Positions 22,901 to 32,585 of a stretch of 64,000 bases of DNA are shown in pieces. Position numbers and translations under genes: made by a program. The notes beneath the pieces are model-generated. The model had not been told where the DNA came from and ran no database searches. It was given only the letters and a program-made list of their open reading frames with translations. Positions within the stretch are counted from its first letter, which is position 1; the number at the start of each line of letters is the position of its first letter. Source of the DNA: a virus. The DNA lies in the IMG/VR virus record IMGVR_UViG_3300042887_001434, positions 3,021 through 67,020 of that record; one strand, given 5' to 3'.

Positions 22901-24008
22901 CTTCTTCCCTATCTACATTCAGATCATCAGATAGTTTTTTAGCAAGTTCTTGAGTGGTTGCTCGTGCTGTTTGAGGGGCATTGTTTTGTTCAAGTGTTTC
23001 ACTTAGGTTCAATATATCTTGATTAGCTTTTGCTTCAATTAACTTACGCTGGTTAGCCCTATCTGCAATCTTGCCTTGTAGAACTTCAATAGAACCAGTT
23101 CCAACTTCACCAATAACTTCAGCAAATACATCCTTGAGATTAACTTCATCTCCAGCAGCAACAGATCCTGCAACTTCACCACCACCACCAAGAACAGCTT
23201 GCGCTCCCAACTCAGTAAGAGCTTCACCAGTCTTTGTTGCGAATTTTTTACCAAGAACTTTCTCACCTTCCTTGATAATCTCGCTACCAAATACACGTCC
23301 TAGTTTACCACCGATACCAGCAGAGACAGCATCGAATGCAGCTATAGGTACACCACGTAAGAGTGCTTTCTCACGAATAGGAGCTAACTTGCCCTCATCA
23401 GAGAAGTAGCTTTGGATACTATTCGGGTCAGTAATATCCATGCCAGAGTTTTGTAACTCTTCAAGAATCTTGCTTCCATATTCAGTAGATAGCGAGCCAC
23501 CAAATGTTCCAGCTACTTGACCAGCAGTATAACCAATTCCAGTGCCAAGAACAGGCACTACAGATCCAACAGCAGCACCAACAGCACCAGCAGCCACACC
23601 AGCACCTAATGCTGGCAAGCTACCAGCTAAACCTTCACCGATAATGTTTGTTGTTACTTCAACTGGATTCTTTAAGAATGCACCAACGGCATCAATTCCT
23701 TCTGCCTTCTGATATTCAGCGTAACCAGGTGCAGCCTTCCTTGCTTGCTTTGCATATTCAAGTTTAGAAATCTGTTCAGCTTGATCTTGATCTACACCAC
23801 CAACTGCAAGTAATGCTTGCTTTGAAGAATCAAAAGCATTTTGTGCAGAGTTAGCTATACCTTGAAGTGTTCCAACTTCTTCTTCATCTTCTTCTAAAAA
23901 AGCGTCTGGATCAAATGCACTAGATGTGGCATTTTGATAACCGCTATTATTTAATGTTGATGTAGTTAAATCATCTTCTTGCAAGAAAGCATCTGGATCA
24001 AAAGCCAT
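13950..24008 (-). CDS. Giant polyvalent internal virion (ejection) protein with TGT-like, ADP-ribosyltransferase and zincin domains
   Basis: 3352 aa; Gly/Ala hydrophobic N-terminal segment; DSGAF...PDVIG...IHFLG...DAS (TGT-like); YHGT...GEGFYFA...AYLKMENP (ART of polyvalent proteins); HELGH zincin; helical C-terminus ending LNAFGQPI. Confidence 0.85.
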   Translation of the reverse strand: MAFDPDAFLQEDDLTTSTLNNSGYQNATSSAFDPDAFLEEDEEEVGTLQGIANSAQNAFDSSKQALLAVGGVDQDQAEQISKLEYAKQARKAAPGYAEYQKAEGIDAVGAFLKNPVEVTTNIIGEGLAGSLPALGAGVAAGAVGAAVGSVVPVLGTGIGYTAGQVAGTFGGSLSTEYGSKILEELQNSGMDITDPNSIQSYFSDEGKLAPIREKALLRGVPIAAFDAVSAGIGGKLGRVFGSEIIKEGEKVLGKKFATKTGEALTELGAQAVLGGGGEVAGSVAAGDEVNLKDVFAEVIGEVGTGSIEVLQGKIADRANQRKLIEAKANQDILNLSETLEQNNAPQTARATTQELAKKLSDDLNVDREEEAVELADLGGQTLKKINEVKAETQTATTKGEVAANLSEEDLNTREQDAEKLVQQYKDAYFESQDPNDRAKAVEFQGVLDAIQVEKRKRSYEKGRSDSTQPQDVTTPTAEEVVTPTAETEVIPLRDAIIQSGIPEEAADIYIDNLKSEGINEDQIREIADNNKSLREEAARKNEEESIAKRDLAQRARMGDKEARAQLEGERGILATPTTEDITAVPPVAEAATLPVEQAPLTQQAVAQQIETQPYATQEIIQPEGIRQEPQDGTQIQPTTETGISDSILGTERSQEEGQVTPLVSDLQSVSSNTATPEQITKLSQSGLVDIVKGQPVINEDGQAALTQAQAPLPKLTPEERRAEIEVAPVSATTIEKPVTILETKGIPDKPGKYKTEPRQVDYNKMPVGKPFNMEGDQALSVFPDLQFAANMAESSSEEFVRATTIGKNKGNLQLPKQLDPDRILVGKKTKSKKSRPAFTNALVIKKEYGDLKIPIPSSDFSRRAIVIEDTNGEMRSIAVGNRTGAGGIIAARDIKSNPLTSNQTVPAGTAKKVYIFDTDAVYGNSITIYDIAESKSLVTEVLKTPSETIELSQPSAETPIVTEPTPAVSETITPATPTEFGFVKDIDSARENIKKNLIRFASGMSGLSDMRRGSYARAGHANYGIGFDVGLLSKNTIRELADFIVNLDTQVFIDSGAFSNFKKSIKEQSQGRTVEALDFDKILSKYDLIIDEISKVNVVEKTDYPKPMLVMPDVIGNQKASLDLINKHKNWIATSISMDLSVPIIPIPLGDLSLSDAYSNIIEILKSNTLGIDIDPTRFIVGIPSNAEAISRENLAAFLKESKPPRIHFLGAAADRNISPLIDIVSQNSPETQVTADASKVRSAILNGVSKGKTREKAIFDALYQEDDPNVILESIKEDPTQLNPTQEQPTPAAPTGPQVGQRVRSGSTPQPFVITEVTPQTARDVELGEQYYKIKNERTGEVSVVESVDITPVKTTRSSKKLKAVYPSRGGVEGAGTIKAKSGASPTIDAEYLTAVESGDMETAQRMVDEAAKEAGYTFGPVYHGTKKEFSVFDIGKSERRDEGESGEGFYFATNKKLAGLYAQDSTGLGKERVISAYLKMENPLKDDWRIIARGKNNEILHGKQISDRAKELGHDGIIALLPDGKVYEIVAFDSNQIKSADPVTYDEQGNVIPLSQRFNQKTPDIRYARARDKAKYRQKYKSAEVLTKINNYIKNGLVEMKEAGDNGNVELIEEISKKIDFASKYNINESELYSEKELEDGVRNFFKGNIPSNVIFTNDIGDDSYASYVLNTGEIEINRAYFKRDVNIDAIIGHELGHFAFGDPEFQKIFTSFWDDLTQEQRDAISEYVEENYSALSPDLRNEEKVIRAWQALLEQNPEIRSKWQNFVEAVKRFLNKYFSTEYEVNDSDKFVLNVLNAIRQDFISGKKMLREDGTDFKLQAKAQVHGQKEAGRELNSFIGGEKIVQDIVRQNYFDSTQFNDENTQKAYDLLQSLTDFTDGNNNDFAIKLNEDIQSKLKDQDVHPDIKQVIGVQILRNELQRYSNKLLVAGDSFFEKRYKLNANDIPLGIKDVTSSNIARALGAIAKINNPMIGAIQAQGKGEVVQLASTTFGTKEPSTEQINVIEEALKESGKAETIDNADILDSVVSVESKTGVNIRKDIDAAIAKTSNPKKNITNVAYKAKNSLFGKSKKVKQVTTVNENVQNIINGNLANYRDTLVQDSANGLQSTFWKTLSDKENKPGPLGELDQAQNNELANIVKNALVKAGLKGTPPNTKMTDIEKVASILNEQKLSIDKQVQADKIISEDIQSRRESELANTEDETEIDSINDKYDAIQAAWDDAMQRQTDMPVSDVMLKRLLNSEMKELNTSASDIAKLSDDGINQKSESIVDSLIKKIYGVSKESLTGIEIDEDYNNLRSYLNDILNNLVQIQKTKIEAANAISEAKKQERMTSDFKAEQIIDKMAMMQDGIWADSKPQENKVRDIVQSDLKKTPDINNKDSWKEAFISKLTNVGVSESNAGILADITWTQHERNALNRDIEQREKPNVQADALIKSFSEKLAGIEPISRKAENNIRTIVQQDLRQRPDMGRKEAWKNMLTAKLIEAGASETRASIISDLVWKQHEINNMNREIKLIESAAENGSLGVIVEMIKNTPLQQQSTPEWRKEVIRQYLMSAGLSEKQAESAARLYDNIIAEKIAEAKQKAFEQSISKTSPWRDHMSRNGQLAKDALKKVLNAVRTSALDPTQNTESIIAKQNGWTGFSEADFRRIAEIDEILNNKETDDLKKAELMKELNEIISKTKLPVTVKQALAAFYTGQALMGIPTVTVNVFSPLGFSLRNLVTDIGRFALTDPTRIPLAFDTFLDSMRSWYNQTKYAFKNEVYPNDVVEYLNGNNVLKELYNKGKKEWKNGDRAAGMRDMLVGMTQITGRVLSALDQGAISALENQAVNRYAMEAMSLSNIPRSKRNAVARQILQAKRNTYASLIAGGMEKERAGVLADMEMREQIRKQLSSLNIETEKVNDVINSALNDALLSVGRNRTISMDGLSNEQKRLSDDGMISYLPIKFLEQIASSSAQQGPLMQVFSKMLYGFALVPARAFHNAAWYSPYGFLRIFRDKYQKSKGMESSYSLSLGNELQYRQRLTESIAGSLVMLGLGALVKSSTDDEEDDKFKIVVTGNGPDAAADKQYYDSWIKKWKPYSIHIVMGDTVIPINIGRGGEAIFFPILIAGALDDWNIRNQMNKAKKKPADLNQATVMLGSAFLALAQRGPYAAFGKSLFNANRAGQLPEEVASQAGYFGKTFIPIVGTSLARNISDFINDPIDRSSMSGAIYSNIPIVGPMIGTKALNAFGQPIRADDWGDKLYKLGVPMVFSFPKNTPMNELNELVLSKGDGPTIPTRRNAEARLERPMTNEEFYTYAKTYGDYVSKSMFRSRKSLERMDASRYQSQLEEYSQDANKRATRAVKRMSIE

Positions 24009-24012
24009 TTAA

Positions 24013-24762
24013 TTAAATTCCTAGTTTTTGTTTTATTCGTTCAGCCCTTGGGTCATTTGGGTTTTGTTGCAACCATTGTAATGCTTCTTGTTGTTTTGGC
24101 GAGTAATTTCTTTGTTGCGTTTGAGGATTGGCAACTTGCTGCGGTTGAGAGGGAGATTGCGTTCCAGATCCAGACATTCTTCCTTCAAGTGTTAATAACA
24201 TGTCTTCCTGTGCTTGCGACATTGGTTCTCCAGCAGCTTTCATTGAGCTTAAATCAAGGTACAAATCATTTGCTTTATCCATTTCTGTAACAGACATTGG
24301 ACGCTGACTAAGCCTATCCATATAATTTTTATTCTGAATATATTGATTATGTGTATTCGTTAATGGTTGAATAATATATTTCTGCAATGCTTCATCCTCA
24401 TAACCAATTGGATTTCTTTGATATATATCAATTAATTTATCTTGGAAATCATCTGATTGTGGGTTTAGGCTTGATAACTCTTTACGAATAAGCGGAGCTT
24501 GAGTTAATCGGGCATTCTCACGATTCAATTGAGAATCCATCAATTGCATTTTATATTGTTTTTCTTTATATGCAATTTCAGCACTCTTTCGTTGCAATTC
24601 TTCCTCATCAATTTCATCTTGAATCCAAGCTGGAGCAATTGGCCTAGTAGCTGCTACAGGATATTTTTGATCAAGCTCATCATATGCATACGAATATGAT
24701 CTTGGATCACTCGCTAACGATGATTGCATTTCTTGTTGTGCTAATGAATATCTTTGTGCCAT
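24013..24762 (-). CDS. Putative internal virion protein
   Basis: Q-rich helical protein directly upstream of the giant protein; ends ALQWLQQNPNDPRAERIKQKLGI. Confidence 0.6.
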   Translation of the reverse strand: MAQRYSLAQQEMQSSLASDPRSYSYAYDELDQKYPVAATRPIAPAWIQDEIDEEELQRKSAEIAYKEKQYKMQLMDSQLNRENARLTQAPLIRKELSSLNPQSDDFQDKLIDIYQRNPIGYEDEALQKYIIQPLTNTHNQYIQNKNYMDRLSQRPMSVTEMDKANDLYLDLSSMKAAGEPMSQAQEDMLLTLEGRMSGSGTQSPSQPQQVANPQTQQRNYSPKQQEALQWLQQNPNDPRAERIKQKLGI

Positions 24763-24774
24763 ATTTTTATTTAA

Positions 24775-26253
24775 TTAAAGACGACTAAAAGTTCCACCAT
24801 AAAATGCGTTATTAGTATTAAATGTAGCATCTGGATTGGATGCAGATCTACTTTGATTATATTTTTCATTTAATAATCTAAAACTTTTTTGACGTTCTAA
24901 TTCATCAGCTATATCTTGTCTTCTTTTACTTTCTTCTTCAATAGCTAATTGTTTTTCTATTGGAGCTTGCTCTGTAAAGTATTGACGCATAGCTCCCATT
25001 TCTTTTGGAACTCCATATGATCTTTGTTTTATTTCTTGATTTAAATTAAATGCTTTTTCATAATTTCCTTGATCAATAGCTTTATTATATGCTTTATTTA
25101 AAAGCCCTTTTGATTTATTAAATTCATTATATGCAGCTAACGATGTATCTCTTTCAGATACATCAGATTTAAACTTCTCAAACTTAGAACGATTAGCTGC
25201 GTTTTCTTTATTTCTAGCATCAACCATGTCATCCCACATACTTCTGCCGCCAGACGCTTTAAATCCTTCATCTAATTTAGCCTGTGCCGCTGATTGATTT
25301 TCTTTATTTCTAGCTTGTTTTTCAAGTGCTTCACGTTTTTTACCATACGCAAAGTCCTCAGCTTTACCTTGTGGTTCTATATACTCTCCATCTTTTGTTG
25401 TTTTACCTTTAAAAGTGGCTATAGCACCCTTCCCTCCTTGTGCTTTAAAGTAATCTTGCGCTTCTTTTAAACTATTGAATGTTTTATTTTTATCTTCCCT
25501 TCCAAGTAAACTAACAGCATATGCTTTTACTTGTTTTGCCTTTTCTTCTCTTGGGCCATTAATTCGTTCAGTAAATGGATCTAATGCATTAATTATTTTA
25601 GGCCTAGGATTTACATCAATTTGTTCTGTTCTGTCTAGGTATTCTCTAGCAGCATTTCCTGTAAAGTAATTTGAAAGTAAGTTATTTTCACGTGGATCAT
25701 AACTAGAATAAAGTTTTCCTAAATCATCAGATACAGTAGATGAATTAGAAAATGATTGTAATGTTGTATCATCTTTAGACCCAGGTTGAGCTAAAGTTAT
25801 ATTTGAATCTGAAGTTGTTTCAGATGGGGGGTTTCTTATAGAATCATAATAATATTCTAAAGAATTCAATTTCGATTCTCTTGGCTTATCATTTACTGCC
25901 TCATAATTAAAATTATTCTTAGCATCTAATTCAAAATCATGTTGAGCTAAATCTTTTCGTGATGGTTTACCCCTAAGAGCTTGGGCAATCTGGTTTACGA
26001 GCAGGGTGTATTTGCTTTTACGTACAGGTGGTTGTATTTGTGGACCACTAGCCTCATAATTAAAATTATTCCTAGCATCAACATCAGCGTCATATTTAGC
26101 TAAAGCTAAACCACGCTCATAATCGCTCATGTTATCGTAATCACTAATATCATTAGCTGTAATGACATTTTGATTCCTATCTTGAGGATTGGTCAAACTT
26201 AGCGTTTTAGCTAATTCTTTTTTCTTCTCTTCTTCTGTTAATTCTTTAGCCAT
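24775..26253 (-). CDS. Putative internal virion protein
   Basis: 492 aa, hydrophilic and helical, internal repeat DA[RK]NNFNYEA, in the ejection-protein cluster. Confidence 0.55.
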   Translation of the reverse strand: MAKELTEEEKKKELAKTLSLTNPQDRNQNVITANDISDYDNMSDYERGLALAKYDADVDARNNFNYEASGPQIQPPVRKSKYTLLVNQIAQALRGKPSRKDLAQHDFELDAKNNFNYEAVNDKPRESKLNSLEYYYDSIRNPPSETTSDSNITLAQPGSKDDTTLQSFSNSSTVSDDLGKLYSSYDPRENNLLSNYFTGNAAREYLDRTEQIDVNPRPKIINALDPFTERINGPREEKAKQVKAYAVSLLGREDKNKTFNSLKEAQDYFKAQGGKGAIATFKGKTTKDGEYIEPQGKAEDFAYGKKREALEKQARNKENQSAAQAKLDEGFKASGGRSMWDDMVDARNKENAANRSKFEKFKSDVSERDTSLAAYNEFNKSKGLLNKAYNKAIDQGNYEKAFNLNQEIKQRSYGVPKEMGAMRQYFTEQAPIEKQLAIEEESKRRQDIADELERQKSFRLLNEKYNQSRSASNPDATFNTNNAFYGGTFSRL

Positions 26254-26305
26254 ATATTTATTTGTTTAGTTTATTGTTTAACAGTGTTTTGAGGAATTAT
26301 TCAAT

Positions 26306-28033
26306 CTATATTGTGTAGGCTGCTGATGCTGTACTAGCAGCAACAACAACAAATCTTCCTTCTCCGTAGGTAACGGATCGCCAAGTCGCCGAAGGCGCGG
26401 GTGTTGCGGCAACCCATGTTACCCCGTCTTCGCTGTATGCTGCGGCGAATGATGATAAAGTAAAAAATCTTCCCCCTCCATATGTTATTGAACTCCAACC
26501 CTGCGAAGACGGGAGTGTAGCGGCAACCCATGTTACTCCATCATCGCTATATGCTGCGGATGTTGAGACAGTAGCAACCGCAACAAACCTACCTTCTCCG
26601 TATGTTACGGAACTCCAACCCTGCGAAGACGGGAGTGTAGCGGCAACCCATGTTGCTCCGTCTTCGCTGTATGCTACTGCGCTTGAGTTTTGAGCAACAG
26701 CAACGAATCTGCCTTCTCCGTAGGTAACGGATCGCCAAGTCGCCAAAGACGGCAATGTAGCGGCAACCCATGTTACTCCATCTTCGCTATATGCTGCCGA
26801 TGTTGAACCAGAAGCAACTGCAACAAACCTTCCCTCTCCGTAGGTTATTGAATACCAATTAGCAGAACTTGGCAATGTAGCGGCACTCCATGTTACTCCA
26901 TCTTCGCTGTATGCTGCCGATGTTGAACCAGAAGCAACTGCAACAAATCGTCCTTCTCCGTAGGTTACGGATTGCCATTCTCGTGTAGACGGCAATGTAG
27001 CGGCAGTCCATGTCACCCCGTCATTGCTGTAGGCTGCGGAGGTTGAACCACCAGGTGAGCCAGTAGCAACCGCAACAAATCTGCCCTCTCCGTAGGTTAC
27101 GGAACTCCAACTCTGCGAAGACGGAAGTGTGCTTAAAGCCCATGTCAGCGTTTTCGTATATTCTAAATATGCTGCTGCGTTTGAGTTTTGAGCAACAGCA
27201 ACGAATCTGCCTTCTCCGTAGGTTACGGAAATCCAACTCGCCAAAGACGGCAATGTAGCGGCAACCCATGTTACTCCATCTTCGCTATATGCTGATTTGT
27301 TTGAGTTAAAAGCAACTGCAACGAACCTACCTTCTCCGTAGGTTCCGCGCCATCCAGCAGAACTTGGCATTGTAGTAGCAGTCCATGTTATTCCATCTTC
27401 GCTATATGCTGATTTGTTTGAGTTAAAAGCAATAGCAACAAACCTTCCCTCTCCGTAGGTTATTGAATACCAATTAGCAGAACTTGGCAATGTAGCGGCA
27501 CTCCATGTTATTCCATCTTCGCTATATGCTGCCGATGTTGAACCAGAAGCAACTGCAACAAATCGTCCTTCTCCGTAGGTTACTGAATGCCAAGCAGCAG
27601 AACTTGGCATTGTAGTAGCACTCCATGTTATTCCATCTTCGCTATATGCTGCCGATGTTGAACCAGAAGCAACTGCAACAAATCGTCCTTCTCCGTAGGT
27701 TACTGAATACCAAGCAGCAGAACTTGGCATTGTAGTAGCACTCCATGTTATTCCATCATCGCTATATGCTGCGGCGTTTGACGCAACTGCAACAAACCTT
27801 CCCTCTCCGTAGGTTACTAAATACCAATTAGCAGAACTTGGCATTGTAGTAGCAGTCCATGTTATTCCATCATCAGAATATGCTGCTGCGGTTGAGTTAT
27901 AAGCAACTGCAACAAACCTTCCCTCTCCGTAGGTTATTGAATACCAATTAGCAGAACTTGGCATTGTAGTAGCAGTCCATGTTGCTTCATTTGATGTATT
28001 CCCAAGCATTAATTTTCTACTTGTAAAACTCAT
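26306..28033 (-). CDS. Repeat beta-propeller protein (Asp-box/BNR-like), putative receptor-binding protein
   Basis: 14 repeats of about 40 aa, TW...PSS..W.S.TYGEGRFVAVA...AYS.DG; ATG at 28033 preferred. Confidence 0.8.
   Translation of the reverse strand: MSFTSRKLMLGNTSNEATWTATTMPSSANWYSITYGEGRFVAVAYNSTAAAYSDDGITWTATTMPSSANWYLVTYGEGRFVAVASNAAAYSDDGITWSATTMPSSAAWYSVTYGEGRFVAVASGSTSAAYSEDGITWSATTMPSSAAWHSVTYGEGRFVAVASGSTSAAYSEDGITWSAATLPSSANWYSITYGEGRFVAIAFNSNKSAYSEDGITWTATTMPSSAGWRGTYGEGRFVAVAFNSNKSAYSEDGVTWVAATLPSLASWISVTYGEGRFVAVAQNSNAAAYLEYTKTLTWALSTLPSSQSWSSVTYGEGRFVAVATGSPGGSTSAAYSNDGVTWTAATLPSTREWQSVTYGEGRFVAVASGSTSAAYSEDGVTWSAATLPSSANWYSITYGEGRFVAVASGSTSAAYSEDGVTWVAATLPSLATWRSVTYGEGRFVAVAQNSSAVAYSEDGATWVAATLPSSQGWSSVTYGEGRFVAVATVSTSAAYSDDGVTWVAATLPSSQGWSSITYGGGRFFTLSSFAAAYSEDGVTWVAATPAPSATWRSVTYGEGRFVVVAASTASAAYTI
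26320..27985 (-). repeat. About 120-bp tandem coding repeats
   Basis: Near-identical units, e.g. 27541-27600 and 27661-27720 differ by one base. Confidence 0.9.
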
Positions 28034-28037
28034 TGTA

Positions 28038-30509
<2,472 letters not shown>

Positions 30510-30511
30510 AG

Positions 30512-31477
30512 TTATCTTCCTTGCCAAAGGTTATTAAATTGCATTGTAGCTGGATCTATGTTTAATGTCCACTTAGAACCACCTCTAATTTCTTTATTTT
30601 CTCCGTTTAATAATTGCAATGCTTTATTAAAAAACATTTCTGATCTTTCTAAGTCAGCTTCATCTTCAAACTTTAATGAAGTAAGCATATTTTTTAATGC
30701 GCCTAAATTTGAAATAATAACTTCATCTGTATCAATTATACATGGAACATATCTTCTCTTACATAACGCATCAATATAATCAACTTCTGGTTCATTTGGC
30801 ACTGAATACCTATGATAACTTGCTGTTGTTTCAGATGAATCATATGAACCTATTAATGTCTGGTTTAAACTATCAACTGCATAAAGGTTAATGCGACCAA
30901 ATGTTATTGGCTTTTGGAACATCGTTATAGTTCCATTAAAAACCTGAGTTGTATTTGAGTTTGGAAAAGATAACGTGTGCGTAATTGTAACGGGATTATC
31001 ATTAGCATCTTTGCCTTGTATTACAACGCTATTACCTGAATCAAGATTGCTTTCTATTTCTATTTTTAATGTACAAGATGTATATGGAGAATCTTTGAAT
31101 GTGCAGAACCCATCTCCAATATCATTTATAAATGTATTATTGTATCCATATCTAGGCCAATGAGATGATGACCATAAATCAGTTGTAGCATTTAAATATG
31201 AAAACCAGTTATTGTGTATTTGAATTGGTCCAGACGCTTGATCTTTAACCCACTTAGATGCTAATATAGAAATGAAATTTCTAGGTAAAGTAATTATTCC
31301 ATCAGGAGATAAGAATCTAACAGGAGATATTGTTCCATTCCATTTTCCACTATTAATAAGTCTTTCTTGAGCTAAATTTAAATATGAATTAAATTTATCA
31401 ATATTAAATTGATTATCAATTGATGGAACAATTGATGAATATAATTGTTCTCTAGCTTGTCCTAATGTAATTCGCAT
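30512..31477 (-). CDS. Putative tail adaptor/tubular protein
   Basis: [10 protein letters not shown] helix near the N-terminus and helical C-terminus typical of head-tail adaptors; position in tail module. Confidence 0.55.
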   Translation of the reverse strand: MRITLGQAREQLYSSIVPSIDNQFNIDKFNSYLNLAQERLINSGKWNGTISPVRFLSPDGIITLPRNFISILASKWVKDQASGPIQIHNNWFSYLNATTDLWSSSHWPRYGYNNTFINDIGDGFCTFKDSPYTSCTLKIEIESNLDSGNSVVIQGKDANDNPVTITHTLSFPNSNTTQVFNGTITMFQKPITFGRINLYAVDSLNQTLIGSYDSSETTASYHRYSVPNEPEVDYIDALCKRRYVPCIIDTDEVIISNLGALKNMLTSLKFEDEADLERSEMFFNKALQLLNGENKEIRGGSKWTLNIDPATMQFNNLWQGR

Positions 31478-31486
31478 TTTTTTAAA

Positions 31487-32281
31487 TTAAAATCCCATAC
31501 TACGACTTTGTGCATATTGACGATCTCTAGCTTGATTTTGTCTTTGTGTGTCTTTTTGCAGCCTTTGATTCATTTGTGCAGGAGAAGCATATCCTGCCAA
31601 AGAAGCCTGTTCTTTTTGTTTTATTCCATATTCATCTCTCATCAAGCCACCCTTAAGCCCATATTCTCTAGATGTTGATAGATCTTTTAATCCATATTCA
31701 TCTTTCATCATGCCACCTTTAAGCCCATATTCATCTTTCATCAAGCCACCTTTAAGCCCATATTCATTTCTCGTTTCTTGCCCACGTAATCCTGATGCAA
31801 ATGCAGCTTCTTGCATTGATCTTTGAGATGCTTGATTTGCCATTTGAACTTGCATTCCTTGCAATCGACTTAAATTAGACCCGCCAGAATTAGATCCACC
31901 AAAATTAGGTTGATTAAACACTGGTTGCTTTCCTACAATTTGATCATATGATGATAAAATATTTTTATTATTATCATTCATATAATTAGATTGTTGTGAT
32001 GAATTCCGATTTGCATTCTGTGACGAAATTGCCGAATCAAGATTTGAAAAAGAATTTTGGTTTTGAAATTGAGGGTTATTTTGTTTCCATTCTTGAGTCA
32101 TTCTTTCAGCTTCCGCTTTACCTTTAGCAACAGCTTCTTCGCGGCGATCTCGATTTGCTTTGTTCCTTGCCTCATTTCTTGCTGTTGCCTCCATTACAGC
32201 TTCACGACCACCAGTACCTGGCCTTACTTTAGCTGTACTAGCACGTCCCATGTTTTGTTCGTTAATATTTTGATTAGCCAT
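31487..32281 (-). CDS. Low-complexity putative internal virion protein
   Basis: Q/N-rich with EYGLKGG.MKD repeats. Confidence 0.6.
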   Translation of the reverse strand: MANQNINEQNMGRASTAKVRPGTGGREAVMEATARNEARNKANRDRREEAVAKGKAEAERMTQEWKQNNPQFQNQNSFSNLDSAISSQNANRNSSQQSNYMNDNNKNILSSYDQIVGKQPVFNQPNFGGSNSGGSNLSRLQGMQVQMANQASQRSMQEAAFASGLRGQETRNEYGLKGGLMKDEYGLKGGMMKDEYGLKDLSTSREYGLKGGLMRDEYGIKQKEQASLAGYASPAQMNQRLQKDTQRQNQARDRQYAQSRSMGF

Positions 32282-32324
32282 AATGGTATTGTTTATTTAT
32301 TTTAAATATTTAATCAAGCTAAAT

Positions 32325-32585
32325 TTAAGCGCAATTTTCAGTAGCAGTCCATTGAAGTGAATTATTTAATAATTGTAAACTGCCACCAGAAGGAATTGAA
32401 ATAAAATCCAAAACCCCATTCCGTGCAACAACAATATAATCACCACCAGATGGAATATTTATATATTCTCCGATTGCACTTCTCGATCCGTAATTGCCAG
32501 CAATTGGTATTCCTTTTTCGCTTCCAGAAAACGCTTGTTCTTTTACATCAAAATTAACTGGCAATGTAGTTGATTGATTACTCAT
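32325..32585 (-). CDS. Hypothetical tail-module protein
   Basis: 86 aa, 4-nt overlap with the upstream gene, ends WTATENCA. Confidence 0.6.
   Translation of the reverse strand: MSNQSTTLPVNFDVKEQAFSGSEKGIPIAGNYGSRSAIGEYINIPSGGDYIVVARNGVLDFISIPSGGSLQLLNNSLQWTATENCA

Noticed and set aside
13950-24008. Tape measure protein or virion RNA polymerase
   Set aside because: No tail tube/sheath or chaperone genes nearby and no recognisable polymerase motifs; enzymatic inserts fit a polyvalent ejection protein better
26306-28033. Diversity-generating retroelement TR/VR pair
   Set aside because: Repeats are in-frame tandem blades, differences are not adenine-specific, and no reverse transcriptase is present in the window
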